Assembly: GCF_018977255.1 (NCBI RefSeq) | Contig: NW_024704743.1 | Location: forward strand, 33,172,001 to 33,236,000 | Direction: 5' to 3' | DNA: 64,000 nucleotides | From: Callorhinchus milii | Taxonomy: Eukaryota | Part shown: positions 24,700 through 37,884 of the stretch, piece by piece | Position numbering within the stretch: the stretch's first letter is position 1 | Layout: every line of letters begins with the position of its first letter | The notes under the pieces: generated by a model | What the model was told of the DNA's origin: nothing | What the model saw: the letters and a program-made list of their open reading frames with translations, nothing else | The model's database searches: none | Position numbers and translations under genes: made by a program

Positions 24700-25437
24700 G
24701 TAAGTGGCTTCAGGTAGTTGCATGGTGTCTTTTGTGAGTGAGGGAGAAATGGATGGGGTAAAAGAAGTCTGACTCTCACACACCCTTTACTTGCAGTACT
24801 TGTTATAATTAAAATGAATAATAATCCTTATATTTACATTCATGTTGGTAGGAATTCCCAAAGCACTTCACAGGAAGTGCAGTGACTGTACGCTTTGTGG
24901 ACGAACATGTTCTGTTGACTAGTGTGTGGCTGTGTTGATGGCAGCTGTGTTCATGTTCCCAGCCTACAGTATCTCATCCTTTTGTTGGGAAGAGCTAATG
25001 GAAAATTAATATGAGAAACTATACTGAAAGAGAAGTACACTGATTAACTTTAGAGACCATATTAGAAGAGAAGAACCCTGTTTAACAGTACACTCTATAT
25101 TTGAGACTTTAAAAAAAACATTTTAATTCAAGTTCTTGTGGCAGAGGGATGGCATTTTGAAAATTTTGTTTAGAAAGGAAAGAACTTGCTTTTTTATAGC
25201 ACTGTATCCTGTCTCAAACAGCTTCATTAGTAATTACTATCAAGCATAGTGATAAGATATCTGTTTTCTTTGCCTTTGTACTAAGATTTACCACTGTTAA
25301 AGACTTTGGACAGAAAATTGCAGTGTTTGACGATCAATTTACATACACTTTGCTTTGGTAAAAAAACANTTTTTGTTCTGAAAAGAGATAATAACATATT
25401 TGTTGTTTTTTCCTGACACTGCAATTATCCATTTCAG

Positions 25438-25582
25438 GACTGACAAACAACTTCGAAAATTCTTTTGAAGGGTCCAATCTGAAAGTTGGAGATATGGCCC
25501 TGGGTTTGTATTCAGCACTGTACTCCTACTCAGGTTGGGACACCCTTAACTTTGTGACTGAGGAAATTCAAAAACCTGAAAG
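25438..25582 (+). CDS. SLC7A6/SLC7A7-like: y+LAT-like coding exon 3 (145 nt): [49 protein letters not shown]
   Basis: Acceptor tttcag, donor gtgagt; TM6 SYSGWDTLN motif typical of y+LAT. Confidence 0.96.
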
Positions 25583-26925
25583 GTGAGTAAAGGCATTTCG
25601 TCATCATTTGTGTCAGTGGATATTCTTTGCATGCAGATCGTGCAATCGTTGGGTGGGTGTATGGTTGAGATACGGCAGAATGAGTGTCTGCTTCTCACAC
25701 TCACCTCTTTTTCTCCCCCCCATATTTGGGTTGGGGGCTGGAGGGTACATATTGTTTGTACATTATGCACATAGCGTTTGGGGTCTATTTGTAATGTAAT
25801 ACATAGTATGTATTGTTTTTGATCTATTTCTAATCCCAGCCACAAAGTTTGAAAGAGAGGGAGCAAACTGCAGCACAGTACAGCAGGACAGTGATGCAGA
25901 ACCACTTTTAATTTAGCTGCTCGGTTCTGTTACCAGCAAATTTGATGACAGAATGCAAGTTCCTCCAGGTTATTATTATGTTGAGTATGTCAATTGTGCA
26001 ACTTTATGGCAGGTTAGGCTGTTTGTCAGGTTTATGGCATCAATTTATCAAGCAGTTGCTTTATTTGCCTTTGGCAGAAAAGAAATTGTTAGTGGTATTC
26101 TGATCTGTGAATTAGGCTTGATCTACCCAGACAAGAGAGTCAGTATTTGCATATATGCTGAGTTTATATTCCACATGAGCCCCAATCCCTGCTAATTGCC
26201 TTTCCTATAGTTTTCATGGTCTGGGAAATCCTCTCAGAAGCACACAATGGAGGCTCCTCACTAATGAAGGCAACTCACACAGTCGTAATCCACTTTTCAT
26301 GGTCTTGTTTTCCACTGGAATATGCTTTCTGTTTTTTAAAAAACTTTCCGGCAAGGGAAGAAGTTTTTTCTCTTAGACAAAGAAAGCATTTTTACATTGC
26401 AAGTACTTCCACTTCTCCTTTCTAAACCGTTTCTTTAGATATATTTAGATAATTATTTTGGGGGGGACAAGTTGCAGGGCTATGGGGAGAGAGCAGGGGA
26501 GTGGGATTGATTTGGATAGCTCTTTTCCAAGAGCCGGCACAGACACGATGAGCCAAATGGTCTCCTTCTGTGCTGTATAATTCTATGATACTATGATCTT
26601 GGCAGTTACCATCACTCCTTCCCCACCCCCATATATTTTTTTCTTCCACAGATGTTAGGGCAGTACTCACACCTACACAGCTGTCAAACTGCCACGGAGC
26701 TGATCATTTTTCTCTTCCTTCTTGATTTTTATTTAACTATAGGTTCCCCTTCAAGGGACACGCTTGTTTGTTTCTCGTTCAACATATTACACATTAATGT
26801 TAGTTGTGTGGCATGTTCTTTTAGATCGCGTGTGTGGGCAACATTAGAGGGTTCCTCAAGTCCTTGAGGCAGTGTGGAGGAGAGCAACCCGAGTGATCCC
26901 CAGTGTTAGGACAATGAGCTATGAG

Positions 26926-28217
26926 CTGGGCTAATAGAAAAGTGCGGAAAGATTTGCCCAAATTGTAGGGAAATTTGCAAATGTTGTGGGCCGTTGATTG
27001 GTGCTGTTGAGGTACATTTTACTGCCAACTACCATTTTTTTCACTTTATTGATTAAAAACTAAATCTGAGGAAACAACACATTAGATTGCTGCATTTTTT
27101 TAAAATTTATTTCTTCTTTTTTTTAAAAAATTAATTTCTTCTTTAATAAACACTGGGTGGTCCATATGGGCGGGTGGGGGGGACACCAGAGCAGGCCCAA
27201 ACAGTCTGGAGATCGGCCGAAAAACATCAGGAAAACATGAGGAGGTCAAGTGTTCTGACTGCGGGGATACAGGAGTTCATCATCTCCTGTCTCTCAGGGC
27301 CTAGCACCACACACACACAAACAGATAGAGACACAAATACAGACACAGAGAGAGACACAGACGCACAGAGAGAGACACAGACACACAGAGAGAGACAGAC
27401 ACAGAGAGAGAGACAGACAGAAAGAGACACAGACAGAGAGAGAGACACACACAGACACACGGAGAAAGAGACATACACACAGATACAGAGAGAGAGAAAG
27501 ACACACACAGACAAAGAGAGACACACACAGAGACACACACAACACAGAGAGAGAGACACACACAGACACAGAGAGAGACACAGTCAGAGAGAGAGACACA
27601 CACAGACACGGAGAAAGAGACATACACACAGATACAGAGAGAGAGAGAGATACACACAGACAGAGAGAGACACACAGAGAGACACACACAGACACAGAGA
27701 GAGAGATAGACACAGAGAGAGAGACACACACAGACAGAGAGACACACACAGACACAGAGAGAGACACACACAGACGCAGAGAGAGAGACACACACAGACA
27801 GAGAGAGAGACACACACCGACAGAGAGAAAGAGACACACACCGAGAGAGAGAGAGACGCACAGACAGAGAGAGAGAGACACACAGACAGAGAGATAGAGA
27901 TGCACAGACAGAGAGAGAGACATACACAGACCCACTCACAAACACATACAGAGACACAGTCACATCGAGACACTCACAAACAGAGAGAGAGAGAGAGACA
28001 CAGACAATCACAATAGCAGGGTCTCCAAATGGATGGAAGCCCTTTGCCATTTGTGTTGCATGCGTGTCTGGAGACATCCCACCCACATTAGCGTCGGGTA
28101 AATAGCACGAGAGGCCCCAGGCCTGAAACTACAATTTTAACAGGTTTGTAGCAGAGGGTAATGTTTATAACGGGTTCCATGGAGGTAAAATGCCGCCACA
28201 CTTTTCTATTGGCCCAG
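26926..28217. mobile_element. Non-autonomous DNA transposon (hAT-like: 22-bp TIRs, 8-bp TSD) inserted in a CR1 fragment
   Basis: TIR CTGGGCTAATAGAAAAGTGCGG vs reverse complement CTGGGCCAATAGAAAAGTGTGG (20/22); flanks GCTATGAG (26918-26925) and GCTGTGAG (28218-28225). Confidence 0.82.
27308..28005. repeat. Compound (GA)/(CA)/(GACA) microsatellite
   Basis: Visible directly; explains ORFs 27174-28016 and 27227-28086. Confidence 0.97.
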
Positions 28218-28569
28218 GCTGTGAGCAATGATTAGTAGACAAGCTAGGACTCTTCAGTCATGGAATGAGACGTCTCAGAGAGGACCTAAGAGAGATATTG
28301 AATATTTTAAATGGGGTTGAGAAAATAAACCCAGAACAATACTTTTGAATGAAGAAAGACACAGAACAACAGGACACAGGTTTAGGGTTGCAAAGGGCAA
28401 TTTCAGGACAGACATCATTCATTCATTTGTTTATAAATAAAGTAATTAACAACTGAAACTGGTTACCAGGAAGGGTGCTTGAAGTCAGGATGCTGGACTC
28501 TGCAAAACAGCTTGCTGCTGTGATGGGAGGATGGTAGGGTGGGTATTCTGGAAGGATGAGATCAACTGC

Positions 28570-28860
28570 AAAATTTAATTTGTATAGTGCCCTTCACGTT
28601 GGGAGGACGTCCCAAGGCATTGGACAGTCAGTGTTTTGGACCCGAGCTGGAGGTCGGGGTGGGGGAGGGTGGAGGGCAGGGGAGGAAGCAAGGAGATCCA
28701 AAGCACGGTCGAAGAGGAGGGTCTTGAGATGGGTCTTGAAGGAGGTGAGGGAGGGGGCGAGGCGGAGGGACTGTGGGATGGAGTTTCAGATGGTAGGAGC
28801 AGAATGGCAGAAGGCTCGCCTGCCAATGGTGGGACGGGCGAGGCGGGGCCGTGAAGCAGG
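28570..28860 (-). mobile_element. L2 LINE 3' end
   Basis: gggaggacgtcccaaggcattggacagt...; reverse complement of the L2 3' consensus. Confidence 0.85.
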
Positions 28861-31536
28861 CCGGAGTGGAGGAAGCGGGCGGGATGGTAGGGGGTTAGGA
28901 GGTCAGATGAGCCAAAAGACCTTTGTCATCTAAACAGATCTTGTGATGGTAATATAGGCTTTCAGTCATCAGACAATGCCCAGACCCAATCTGACATCCA
29001 GACCTGTCAGTACAACTGAATTTTGAATAAAAATAAACAGCTTATTACAGAACATCCACAAAGCTACGAATCATAAAACATGAATTGTGGAAATGAATAG
29101 GACAATAGAGCAGTTATGCATTTTTCATTGTGCTTACCATGAACAAGTGAACGTTTGTTTTGTGTAGAAATTCTGCTGCATCCTCCAACTGTTATCCTGA
29201 ACTTTGTGTAAAATATTTTAAGCTGACAAACAGCTGAATGAATTTATATGCACATTAAATTTCCGCCCATGTGGACAACATAATAAAATGATTAATTGTA
29301 CAAACGACCTGCTCCAAAGTGCCAGCTGCCTCAATTGTAGATTATAATTGCAGTTGTCTTGTGGGCAATGTTTGTGGTAAACTGTGTTAACATTTTCTTT
29401 TCATCTCTGCCTTCATTCCCAGTCAAACTGGCCCATTAGCTAGACATGCCATTATGGAGGATGTCAAGTAGCTTGTAGAGAAGGTGTTCCTGTGTAAAAC
29501 AAGAATCAATTGGGCCTTTTTCTTTTTGAAAGTATGGTTAATGTTTTAATTTTTCTGTTCTTGATGTAAAACCTCTTTTGTTTCAAATAAGTGTGTGTTT
29601 GATTTTCTTGCACAATATTGCTTGCAATGCTGCAATGTAAATCAAGTGCTGTTGCTTCTAGGTGTGGTTACCTCCTGACCTCAGTATACTTATGTTGGTA
29701 TTTTCAATTGGAAGAACCTTGGCAATGCCGCAATTTTTGATTTTACAGATAGGTGGTTTGATATTGTGTGCTTCATGAACACCTTTTGCAAAAAAAGCCC
29801 AGAACTCGTCTCGTTAATCTGTTTATGCAATGACGAAGGTCCAAGATGGGATAGTGCTGACAGACACATTTGCCCACATAATATATATCGTTCTCTTTCC
29901 ATTATATTCTATGAAGCGCTTTGAGACATCCCAATGACGTGATAAGGCGCTATATCAAATGCAAGGATTATTATTATTGTTATTGAGTGTGTTTTACTGT
30001 TACCATCAAAAGATTACTGAATTTGCATCAACTTTGAAAGCAATAGAATTGATTGGTAAAGATAGTTAACTTCAAATATCTTGTATCTTTGTGCAATAAT
30101 TTTATGTCCAGCTCTAATCTATGCTCTTAAATATTATATTATAAAATTTGATTAAAAGTATTCAGTTACAAAGCTATAAGGTTCATCTGCGGGTTACAGA
30201 ATATAGCCCAGATTAGATAGAAAGAAGATGAAAAAAAAATTGTTAACAGAAATAGGGGAGAAAATGGGGAGGCAACCAGGGATGATCGGAGAACCAGAGA
30301 ACCATTGTTCATTTGAGACTCAAGTAAAGATCCCACTGCATGTTTCAAAAACAGAAGGGAGTTTCTCCTGATCACCCAAATAAAAGTGGTCACTCACTTC
30401 ATGCTGTTTGTGGGATATTGCTGTGCGCAAATTGGCTGCTGTGTGCGCCTACAAAATACTCAGTAATGCACTTTACAGTAAATCCTGTGAAGTGTTTTGA
30501 TACGTCCTCCTGACATGAAGGGCATTACATCAGAATGCATTGGACTGTTTAACTCAATTATGTTCTATATTTTTAAAAAAATAAGGGTTAAGACTATTGC
30601 TGTGTTTGTTTGGTCACATTGTAATTTGAAACCACCCCACAAAGACTGGAATTGTGGGTCAGAAGCCTATAAATTGAGCAATAAATCTCTAGAAACTGTG
30701 GTGTTCCCTGGCATCTGGCAGTGGAATAAATCCAATACTGCCTGTGTGGCATGTAAACAAAAGGTGGACTCTGCCTTGGTGTCACATTACTCTGGGGCAG
30801 ATTTAATTCCATGCTCCATAGTATTGATGAAACTAATAGCACGACCTTCCCCTTCAACTAGTCAAGGAAATGAGAGCAAATCAGATAATGAACTCATGGG
30901 ACGGAGTGGGTGCTGTGGGGCTGATGCCTAGTGCAAAGAAACACACAGCAATCTGTAGAAATAACAGTTAATATTTGGGGAGGACAAGTTTGCAGGGCTA
31001 CGGGGAGAGAGTGGGGGAATGGGATTGATGTAGCTCTTTTCAAAGAGCCGACACACACACGATGTGCCGAATATCCTCCTTCTGTGCTGTATGATTCTAT
31101 GAACAATTCCTTAATGACAGTAAAAATGTTTTGACAGTGGAATGTTGGATTTGTTTCCACACCACACACACACACACAGCTTTCCCTCACCTTTCTACTT
31201 AGCTGACAGGTAAGTAGGACATTCCTTTTGACCACTGAAGACAACAAGCTCCCATGCTTGTTTCATCAGACCGGAGAAGCTATTATTTTTAAATAAACTT
31301 CCATCCCATTGATAATAATTCTGCTGACACCTGCAAGATTACTAGCCAGAATATGAAGCGCTTGCAACTAACATAGCACGCAAAGAACATATTTCTAAAT
31401 ACTGTAATAAGTTGCAATTTGTTTTTTTAGAAACTTATGTGGCCTGCATATCTATGCTTGTGTGGTAGCAGTTCTGAGTAGAACAAAAATTGACTAGTGT
31501 AAAACTGTGTGATTGACGATGTTTGCTTTGGCACAG

Positions 31537-31660
31537 GAACCTTCCCTTGGCCATTGGGATTTCTATGCCCATTGTGACCATCATCTACATCCTGACAAAC
31601 GTGGCTTATTACAGTGTCCTAGATCTTCCCACCATCCTGCACAGCGATGCTGTAGCTGTG
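31537..31660 (+). CDS. SLC7A6/SLC7A7-like: y+LAT-like coding exon 4 (124 nt): [41 protein letters not shown]
   Basis: Acceptor cacag, donor gtgagt; near-identical to y+LAT TM7. Confidence 0.96.
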
Positions 31661-32492
31661 GTGAGTGTCTCCAGTTATTTAGATGACATTTTCTTCGCCA
31701 CCATCTGAAGGAATGACTTAAGGCCATCAAGCAGTCATTTGAAGCATGTTTTTTTTCTCTCTCAGTCTCTACTATTGCTTAGGCCTGAGGCTTGAAGGTT
31801 GTGAAAACAATTGCCTTATTAATAAACGGGGAGTGAGGGTGTGCTTTAAAACCTTTTCATCCGTTTTCTTACTAGCAAGTAAATCAAATGAACCACAATG
31901 TGGCATTTATGGCTTAGCCAATACACTGACATCTCTGCACGGATTCGTGCATTGTTTGAGGTGCGTGCGATGTAGTTTACAGTCAGTCTTTAATAGAAGA
32001 TGTAGTTCATTACCCGCTGCCTCCGCTCAACTGGCTCTGACCTCCTGCTTGTCCCTCATCCCCTCCACTCTGCCATCGGCAGCCATGCTTTCAGGCACTA
32101 TGCCCCCAAACTTGGGAACTCGCTCCCTCAATCCCTCCGCCTTTCCCCCTCCTTTCTCTCTTTTAGATCACAATTGAAGACCTTCCTCTCCCACAGTGCT
32201 TACTTCTCACTCCCCCCCAACTCAGGCGTGAGGCTCCGCCACTGTCAAGCGTTCCGAGATGCTGCCTAATGACTGTAAAAATGTCAACGTAAAGCAGCGC
32301 TATATAAATACAAAATGTTGTTATGCAGGCGTCTCTGCTAAATAGTTGGCTGAGTGTAGCCTTTTAACTTTAAAGTTATATTCAATTTTAACACTATATA
32401 GTGAAGCAGGTTTGAATGTGTGGTAAATTCTCTTCCTTTGCCTACGTATCTGATAGATTTGTCAGCTCAGTGTGAATTCTGTGCTATGAAAG

Positions 32493-32843
32493 TGGAGTTC
32501 TATAGTCAGTGGTTAGAGCACTCGCCTCGCAAGCAAGAGACGTGGGTTCTATTCCCGACAGATCGAAACCTTGGGCAAGTTTCCTTACTCCCCACGCCTG
32601 ATCCTCCTCCTGTGCTGCATAATTCTATGATTCTATGATAATAATCCTTCAAGAAAAAAAACACTAATAAATTGGTCACTTCAACCCACGACTGTTTGTG
32701 GGACGCTGCTGTGCGCAATTGGCTACCACATTTGGCCTGCAAATATACAGTCAATTCATTTTGCATTATATTCTGTGAAGCGCTTTAAGACGTCTAGAAG
32801 ATGTGAAAAGAGCTATATCAAATACAAGGATTATTATTATTAT
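32493..32843 (+). mobile_element. Full-length Deu SINE with a ~38-bp CR1 3'-terminus insertion
   Basis: Head, then cctcctgtgctgcataattctatgattctatg, then Deu core and tail. Confidence 0.85.
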
Positions 32844-33259
32844 TCAACTCTGTGAGTACAGTATTAACCAGATTCCTCTTTTCCTGTCAGTTGTCTCTTA
32901 TATAGTTTTTGCCAGCCTTGCATAGTATTAATTCGGCACAAATGCAACATACAATAATGTCAGGCCTCCAGTCCTGGTCTGACATTATCGGAGTAAAGGT
33001 TTCAGCAGAGCTTGCTGAGGGTGAAAAATGTCAGCCTTTTGAATTCTGACTGGCCTGGAGAGAGAAACTGTCTTCAGAAATGGAGGTGGGGGGCGGGGGG
33101 TGCAGGGGTGGGTTACATCCAAATTTGTCATTAAAGGGTGGGTTGTTTTGTCTGTGAACATCTGGCTAAAGTAATTGTCTCAGCTACATTCTGCTCAAAT
33201 ACCACTACATTCACTGGAGTCTATACCTAAATCCAATAACTATTTCTGAACAGATCCAC

Positions 33260-33790
33260 TCTCTTCCACCTTCACCACATCGTCTGCTTCCTTCCATACC
33301 TCAATGCAGCTGAAACCCTCATTTGTGCTTTTGTCACCTCCCGCCTTGGATTTTCTAATGCCCACCTCGGCAGTCTCCCCAGCTCCACCACCCATAAAAT
33401 TCAACTGATCCAAACTCCGCCACCCGTACTCTCACCCGTACCAGACTCTGCACCCCCATTACCCCAGTCCACCGGCTCCCTATTGCAGAACCGATCAATT
33501 TCAAGATCTCATGTACAAATCACTTCATGCCCTGGCACCTACCAACCTCTCTGTCCTGCTTACACTCCACTCTGCCACCCTCCCCCTTTGCTCAACTGGC
33601 TGCAGCCTTCTACACGTTCCTCATCCCCTCCACTATCGCTGACTGTACTTTCAGCCACTGTGCCCTGAAATTCTGGAACTCTCTGCCTTAATCCCTCCGC
33701 TTTGCCCACCTCCCCCTTGCCCATCTTTCAATCACATCTAAAGATCTTCCACTCTGTCCGTACCTACGGTCACCTCCCCTCTCTCTCCAT
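33260..33790 (+). mobile_element. L2 LINE 3' fragment
   Basis: AAETLICAFVTSRLGFSN-like remnant. Confidence 0.75.
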
Positions 33791-34126
33791 TTCAGCAGGC
33801 ACAGCTCAAGGCAACACTCCCCTCTCGATCTCCTCCTGGATCAAAATTCCTGGAGATGAGCAGGAATTCTAACAGGATTCCTTGCGATTCCCTGTGTTTT
33901 AGACCCCATCATGACCAAAAATGTTGTGTTAATGACATGTTCTTGTTTCTCTGATGTCACACATCCCATATCTGATGTCACACATCCTATGAAACACAAA
34001 ACTCATACCAGTTGTAAAGGGTTTTAGAATTGTGAATTGAATAAAAGCTGTTTGTTTCTGTGTGAAACGGTGCACTGTGCAAGCAAATGTTGAAATATGG
34101 AATTATTGATAATAATATTTCTTCAG

Positions 34127-34230
34127 ACTTTTGCAGAACAAGTCCTAGGTTATGTGAAGTGGTTTATACCATTATCAGTGGCAATCTCATGCTATGGTGG
34201 GCTCAATTCATCGATCATTGCCAGCTCCAG
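34127..34230 (+). CDS. SLC7A6/SLC7A7-like: y+LAT-like coding exon 5 (104 nt): [35 protein letters not shown]
   Basis: Acceptor cttcag, donor gtaggt; TM8 homology. Confidence 0.95.
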
Positions 34231-35098
34231 GTAGGTGTGGCTTCAACGGTGACTGAGTGAGAGCTAAGTCACAGTGAATTTTATCATCAAATATAGCAGA
34301 TATGGTTGAAAAACACAAACATTACTTATTCATAAGTTATGAATTTGGAATAGAGATTCACTTCTGTACATTCGCCCACAAAATATACAGTCAATTCACT
34401 TTATAGTATATTCTGTGAAGCGCTTCGAAGACATGATAAGGCGCTATATCAAATGGAAGAATTATTATTTTTCCTACTCTTTTAAACATGACAACTGCAG
34501 AGTAAACATGCCTGAGCCCTAGAAGAGCATTGGCGGGTCTTATTTCACCCTGTGTGACAAGTCCAGTTGGTGCACTGTGCCTACCATTTGTTTCAATTTG
34601 TGGGCAATTGTGTACGCTGTCTAGGAATTGATTTGTGATTGCCCAACCTCATTTCAAGTAGAAACCTTAAAACCAGCAGAGAGGCAAGGCGTTTGTCCCA
34701 TGAATCTGGTCTGCATTTCAATCTGGACCAGAAAGTTAAAGACATCCCTCTAATCTACACTCCAAACCGGTCCCTGTTTTAATATTATGTCAGACAAATT
34801 CTGGAAGTAATTTTACGCGTGTTAATTTGATTAGCGACCAAGATCAGCAGGATGCAATCATCCAGATTTCATATTTACTCCCATAGCAATTATAAAACTG
34901 ATTCAATTGATTTTTTTTGACATGTGTTATACATTTTACTGTCTGCGTAGGTATAAATGTTGAAAATTCAATTGGGGGAATAAAATTTCAGAGTGAAATC
35001 CACAATAGGGATTATCTTTTTCCCTTCCTTTACAACCAAACTCTGTATTGAGGCTAGATAGAGAAATCCTTCAAATAAAACTCGCAGGAAGAAATCAA

Positions 35099-35409
35099 AG
35101 TCCTGTGGCTCAGTGGTTAGAGCACTCGCCTTGCAAGCGAGACACCTGGGTTCAATTCCAGGCAGGGCGAAACATTGGGCAAGTTTCCTTACTCCACACG
35201 CCTAATAATAATCCCTCCAAAACAAAACAATAATAAATTGGTCATTTTCAATCCACGGCTGTTTGTGGGACACTGCTGTGCGCAATTGGCTGCCGCGTTT
35301 CGCCCACAAATATACGGTCAATTCACTTTACAGCATATTCTGTGAATGCTTTAAGACTTCAAGAAGATGTGAAAAGCGCTATATCAAATGCAAGGATTAT
35401 TATTATTAT
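35099..35409 (+). mobile_element. Full-length tRNA-derived Deu-domain SINE (dominant family; dozens of partial copies in the window)
   Basis: A box TGGCTCAGTGG, B box GGTTCAATTCC, tRNA-Ala-like loop, Deu core TGTGGGACACTGCTGTGCGCAATTGGCTGCCGCGTTT, L2-like 3' end, (ATT)n tail. Confidence 0.9.
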
Positions 35410-36364
35410 ATGTGTTTTGCCTCTGCTGTCAGTTTGATCAGATTAAACCTCTATCAATGATTGACGTGAGAGGAAACAGGATACAATAACTGTAAACTCT
35501 TTCAACTACACATTTAACTACAATTACTCTGTTAATTGTTGGCTAACTACCAGTTGCGTTGAGATATGTATCCTGCCAATATAATTGTACACTTTACGTA
35601 TTTACATAGCTCTGTATAAATAAATTGACACCCATTTATTACCTTGGTGTACTGGCAGCTTTTACTGTTAAGCTAATCTTATTTCTAAAGAACACTTGCT
35701 GCGATTTCAGTCTCTCTCTCTGGAGATCCCCATTGGGAGTAGGAGGTAGAACAGGGCTGTGCTTTATTCTGTACTGGCGCAATGGGACCAGGAGCTGAAG
35801 ATAATTGAGATGAATAACAGCAGCACACACTGAATTCTGAAACCTTATGAACTGCAAATTGAACAGCAGTAGTTTCACTTATATTTATTCATAAGCTGTG
35901 CATTGAAAACATGCTGCAGTATTTATGCAATCTGTAGTCTGTGCACAAATTGCATTTGAATGCTGAGTTTTATTATTAGTTAATAATTAAATAAAATTAA
36001 AACTAATTTATTAAAAAAAGAAACTTTTTTTTCTCTCTCCTCCTCACTTCAAAGCTTTTGATTCCATTGTCCTACTGGGATATATGTATAGTCCCCCGAC
36101 TACCAGTCACCAATGCCGTAACTCACTCAAATATCATTCATGGATGAGACTTGACAGTAAGTGTTGGCATTGAGTCTGGTGGCATCCCCAATAGATCATG
36201 GATAAGCACAGTTCTGTCCTCAGCTGCACCTTCCAATAGGATCGCCATTCCTTGAAGAGTGGTAAGATGTGAGAATGTGTCTCCTCTTCCCTAATTTAGG
36301 AACTCTGAGCAACCTTCTGGTCCGTAGGCCCAGTGTTGCAATGGACAGTGTCTTTATTGACTCA

Positions 36365-36930
36365 ACAAACAAATTACATATGTATAGTGGCTTACATGTC
36401 TGGAGGACGTCCCAAGGCACTGGACAGTCAGAGATTTGGACTTGAGCAGGGACTTGGGATCAGGAGGAGTGAAGGGCAGGGAGGGTAGGGGTAGCGGGTT
36501 GACCGAAGGGGAGGTCGAAGAGGAGGGTCTTAAGATCAGCCTTGAAGGAGGCAAGAGAGGGAGCAAGGCGAAGGAACTGGGATGGAGTTCCAAAGGGTGG
36601 GGGCAAAGAGGCTGAAGGTGGGGCGGGCCAGGCAGGGGACATGTTGCAGGCCGGAGCCTGCTGACCAGAGGGAGCGGACAGGTTGATAAGGGGTTCACAG
36701 AGATAAGAAGATGCATGGCCATGGAGCGCTTTGTAGGAGAGGACGAGTATTTTGACTCTATCCTCTAGGGGATGGGGAGCCAGTGGAGCCAGGTGGGGGT
36801 GATAGGGTCAAGGAGCCTGGTGCGGAAGAGGACACATCTTGCAGAGTTATGAATGTTCTGCAGCTTGTGTAGGGACGAGTTGGGAAGGCCGACAAGCGTA
36901 GTTAGCGTAGACGAGCCTAGATGTAATGAA
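36365..36930 (-). mobile_element. L2 LINE 3' fragment
   Basis: Reverse complement of LHWLP and the 3' UTR consensus. Confidence 0.85.
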
Positions 36931-37620
36931 TGCAAACGTTATGCGAGTTGGAGCTTCAATAATAACCAGAGATATTTTAAACACGAACCCTAAATCTGCA
37001 CAGGTCAATCAGTATTTGAAGGAGAACGATGGGGTAGTATTTTAGGCATGATCTTTCACAAGAATTCAATAAGGGTAATTGCAACAAGACAAATTTCCAG
37101 TTAGCACCATCATTGCCTTAGGACTTAGCTTGTGGGGTTGAGGATGGGTTGACATCTCCAAGTATGCTTCGAATTACTTGCATAACTGCTTGCCTTCGAG
37201 CCAGTTTTTAGGCTCAAGAATATAACCAGATTAATTAACCCCCTTGTCTCCCCCTCCCTCCCTGAGGCCAGTGCTTAGATATGTTACTTGATCTTTCACT
37301 GTTTTTTGACCGAAAAGGAAAATGAAAGTGAATAAGAATTGGTATTATCATTGGGGTACAAAAGTCTCGGGCACACATTTCGATCAGCATTGGGGTTTCA
37401 GAAAATGAATTTTAATCCTGAAAAACATGAATTTTAATCAGCCGACACGTATAGCATTCTCCAGTGCAGTTTGATTATTTTATGCATTGACGTGCTCAGT
37501 AGTAATTGTTAATTGAAGTGCTGACTAGTCCGATTACTTTGAGATGTAGGTTAAGAAGATTACTTTGATCTGTTTTGCCAGTGTGGCAGCCCCTCTAACC
37601 TGCCATTGTTTGTATTGCAG

Positions 37621-37717
37621 GCTTTTCTTTGTTGCTTCACGTGAAGGTCACCTTCCAAGTGTCCTGTGCATGATCCATATTTTTAGGTACACCCCTATCC
37701 CAGCTCTGTGTTTTAAC
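37621..37717 (+). CDS. SLC7A6/SLC7A7-like: y+LAT-like coding exon 6 (97 nt): [32 protein letters not shown]
   Basis: Acceptor ttgcag, donor gtaagt; SREGHLP motif. Confidence 0.96.
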
Positions 37718-37884
37718 GTAAGTATAAATCAAAAGCTAATTTGTTTCGGATTCTTTCCAAATGTCACAAAAATCAGTGATAGTTTTCAGTGTTGTACTAA
37801 GGTGCCGCTTACTGTCTGAAGTGACCAATTGGTGTTCATTATCTGCCCCCACAGTATCTGTACGTTATGGTATTAATGGATTTT

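Noticed and set aside
27174..28086. ORFs of 213-280 aa (ERDTH or VSLS repeats)
   Set aside because: Translations of a GA/CA microsatellite.
35099..35170. tRNA-Ala-like sequence (also at the other SINE heads)
   Set aside because: It is the Pol III head of a SINE, followed by the Deu domain and tail, with no proper acceptor stem.
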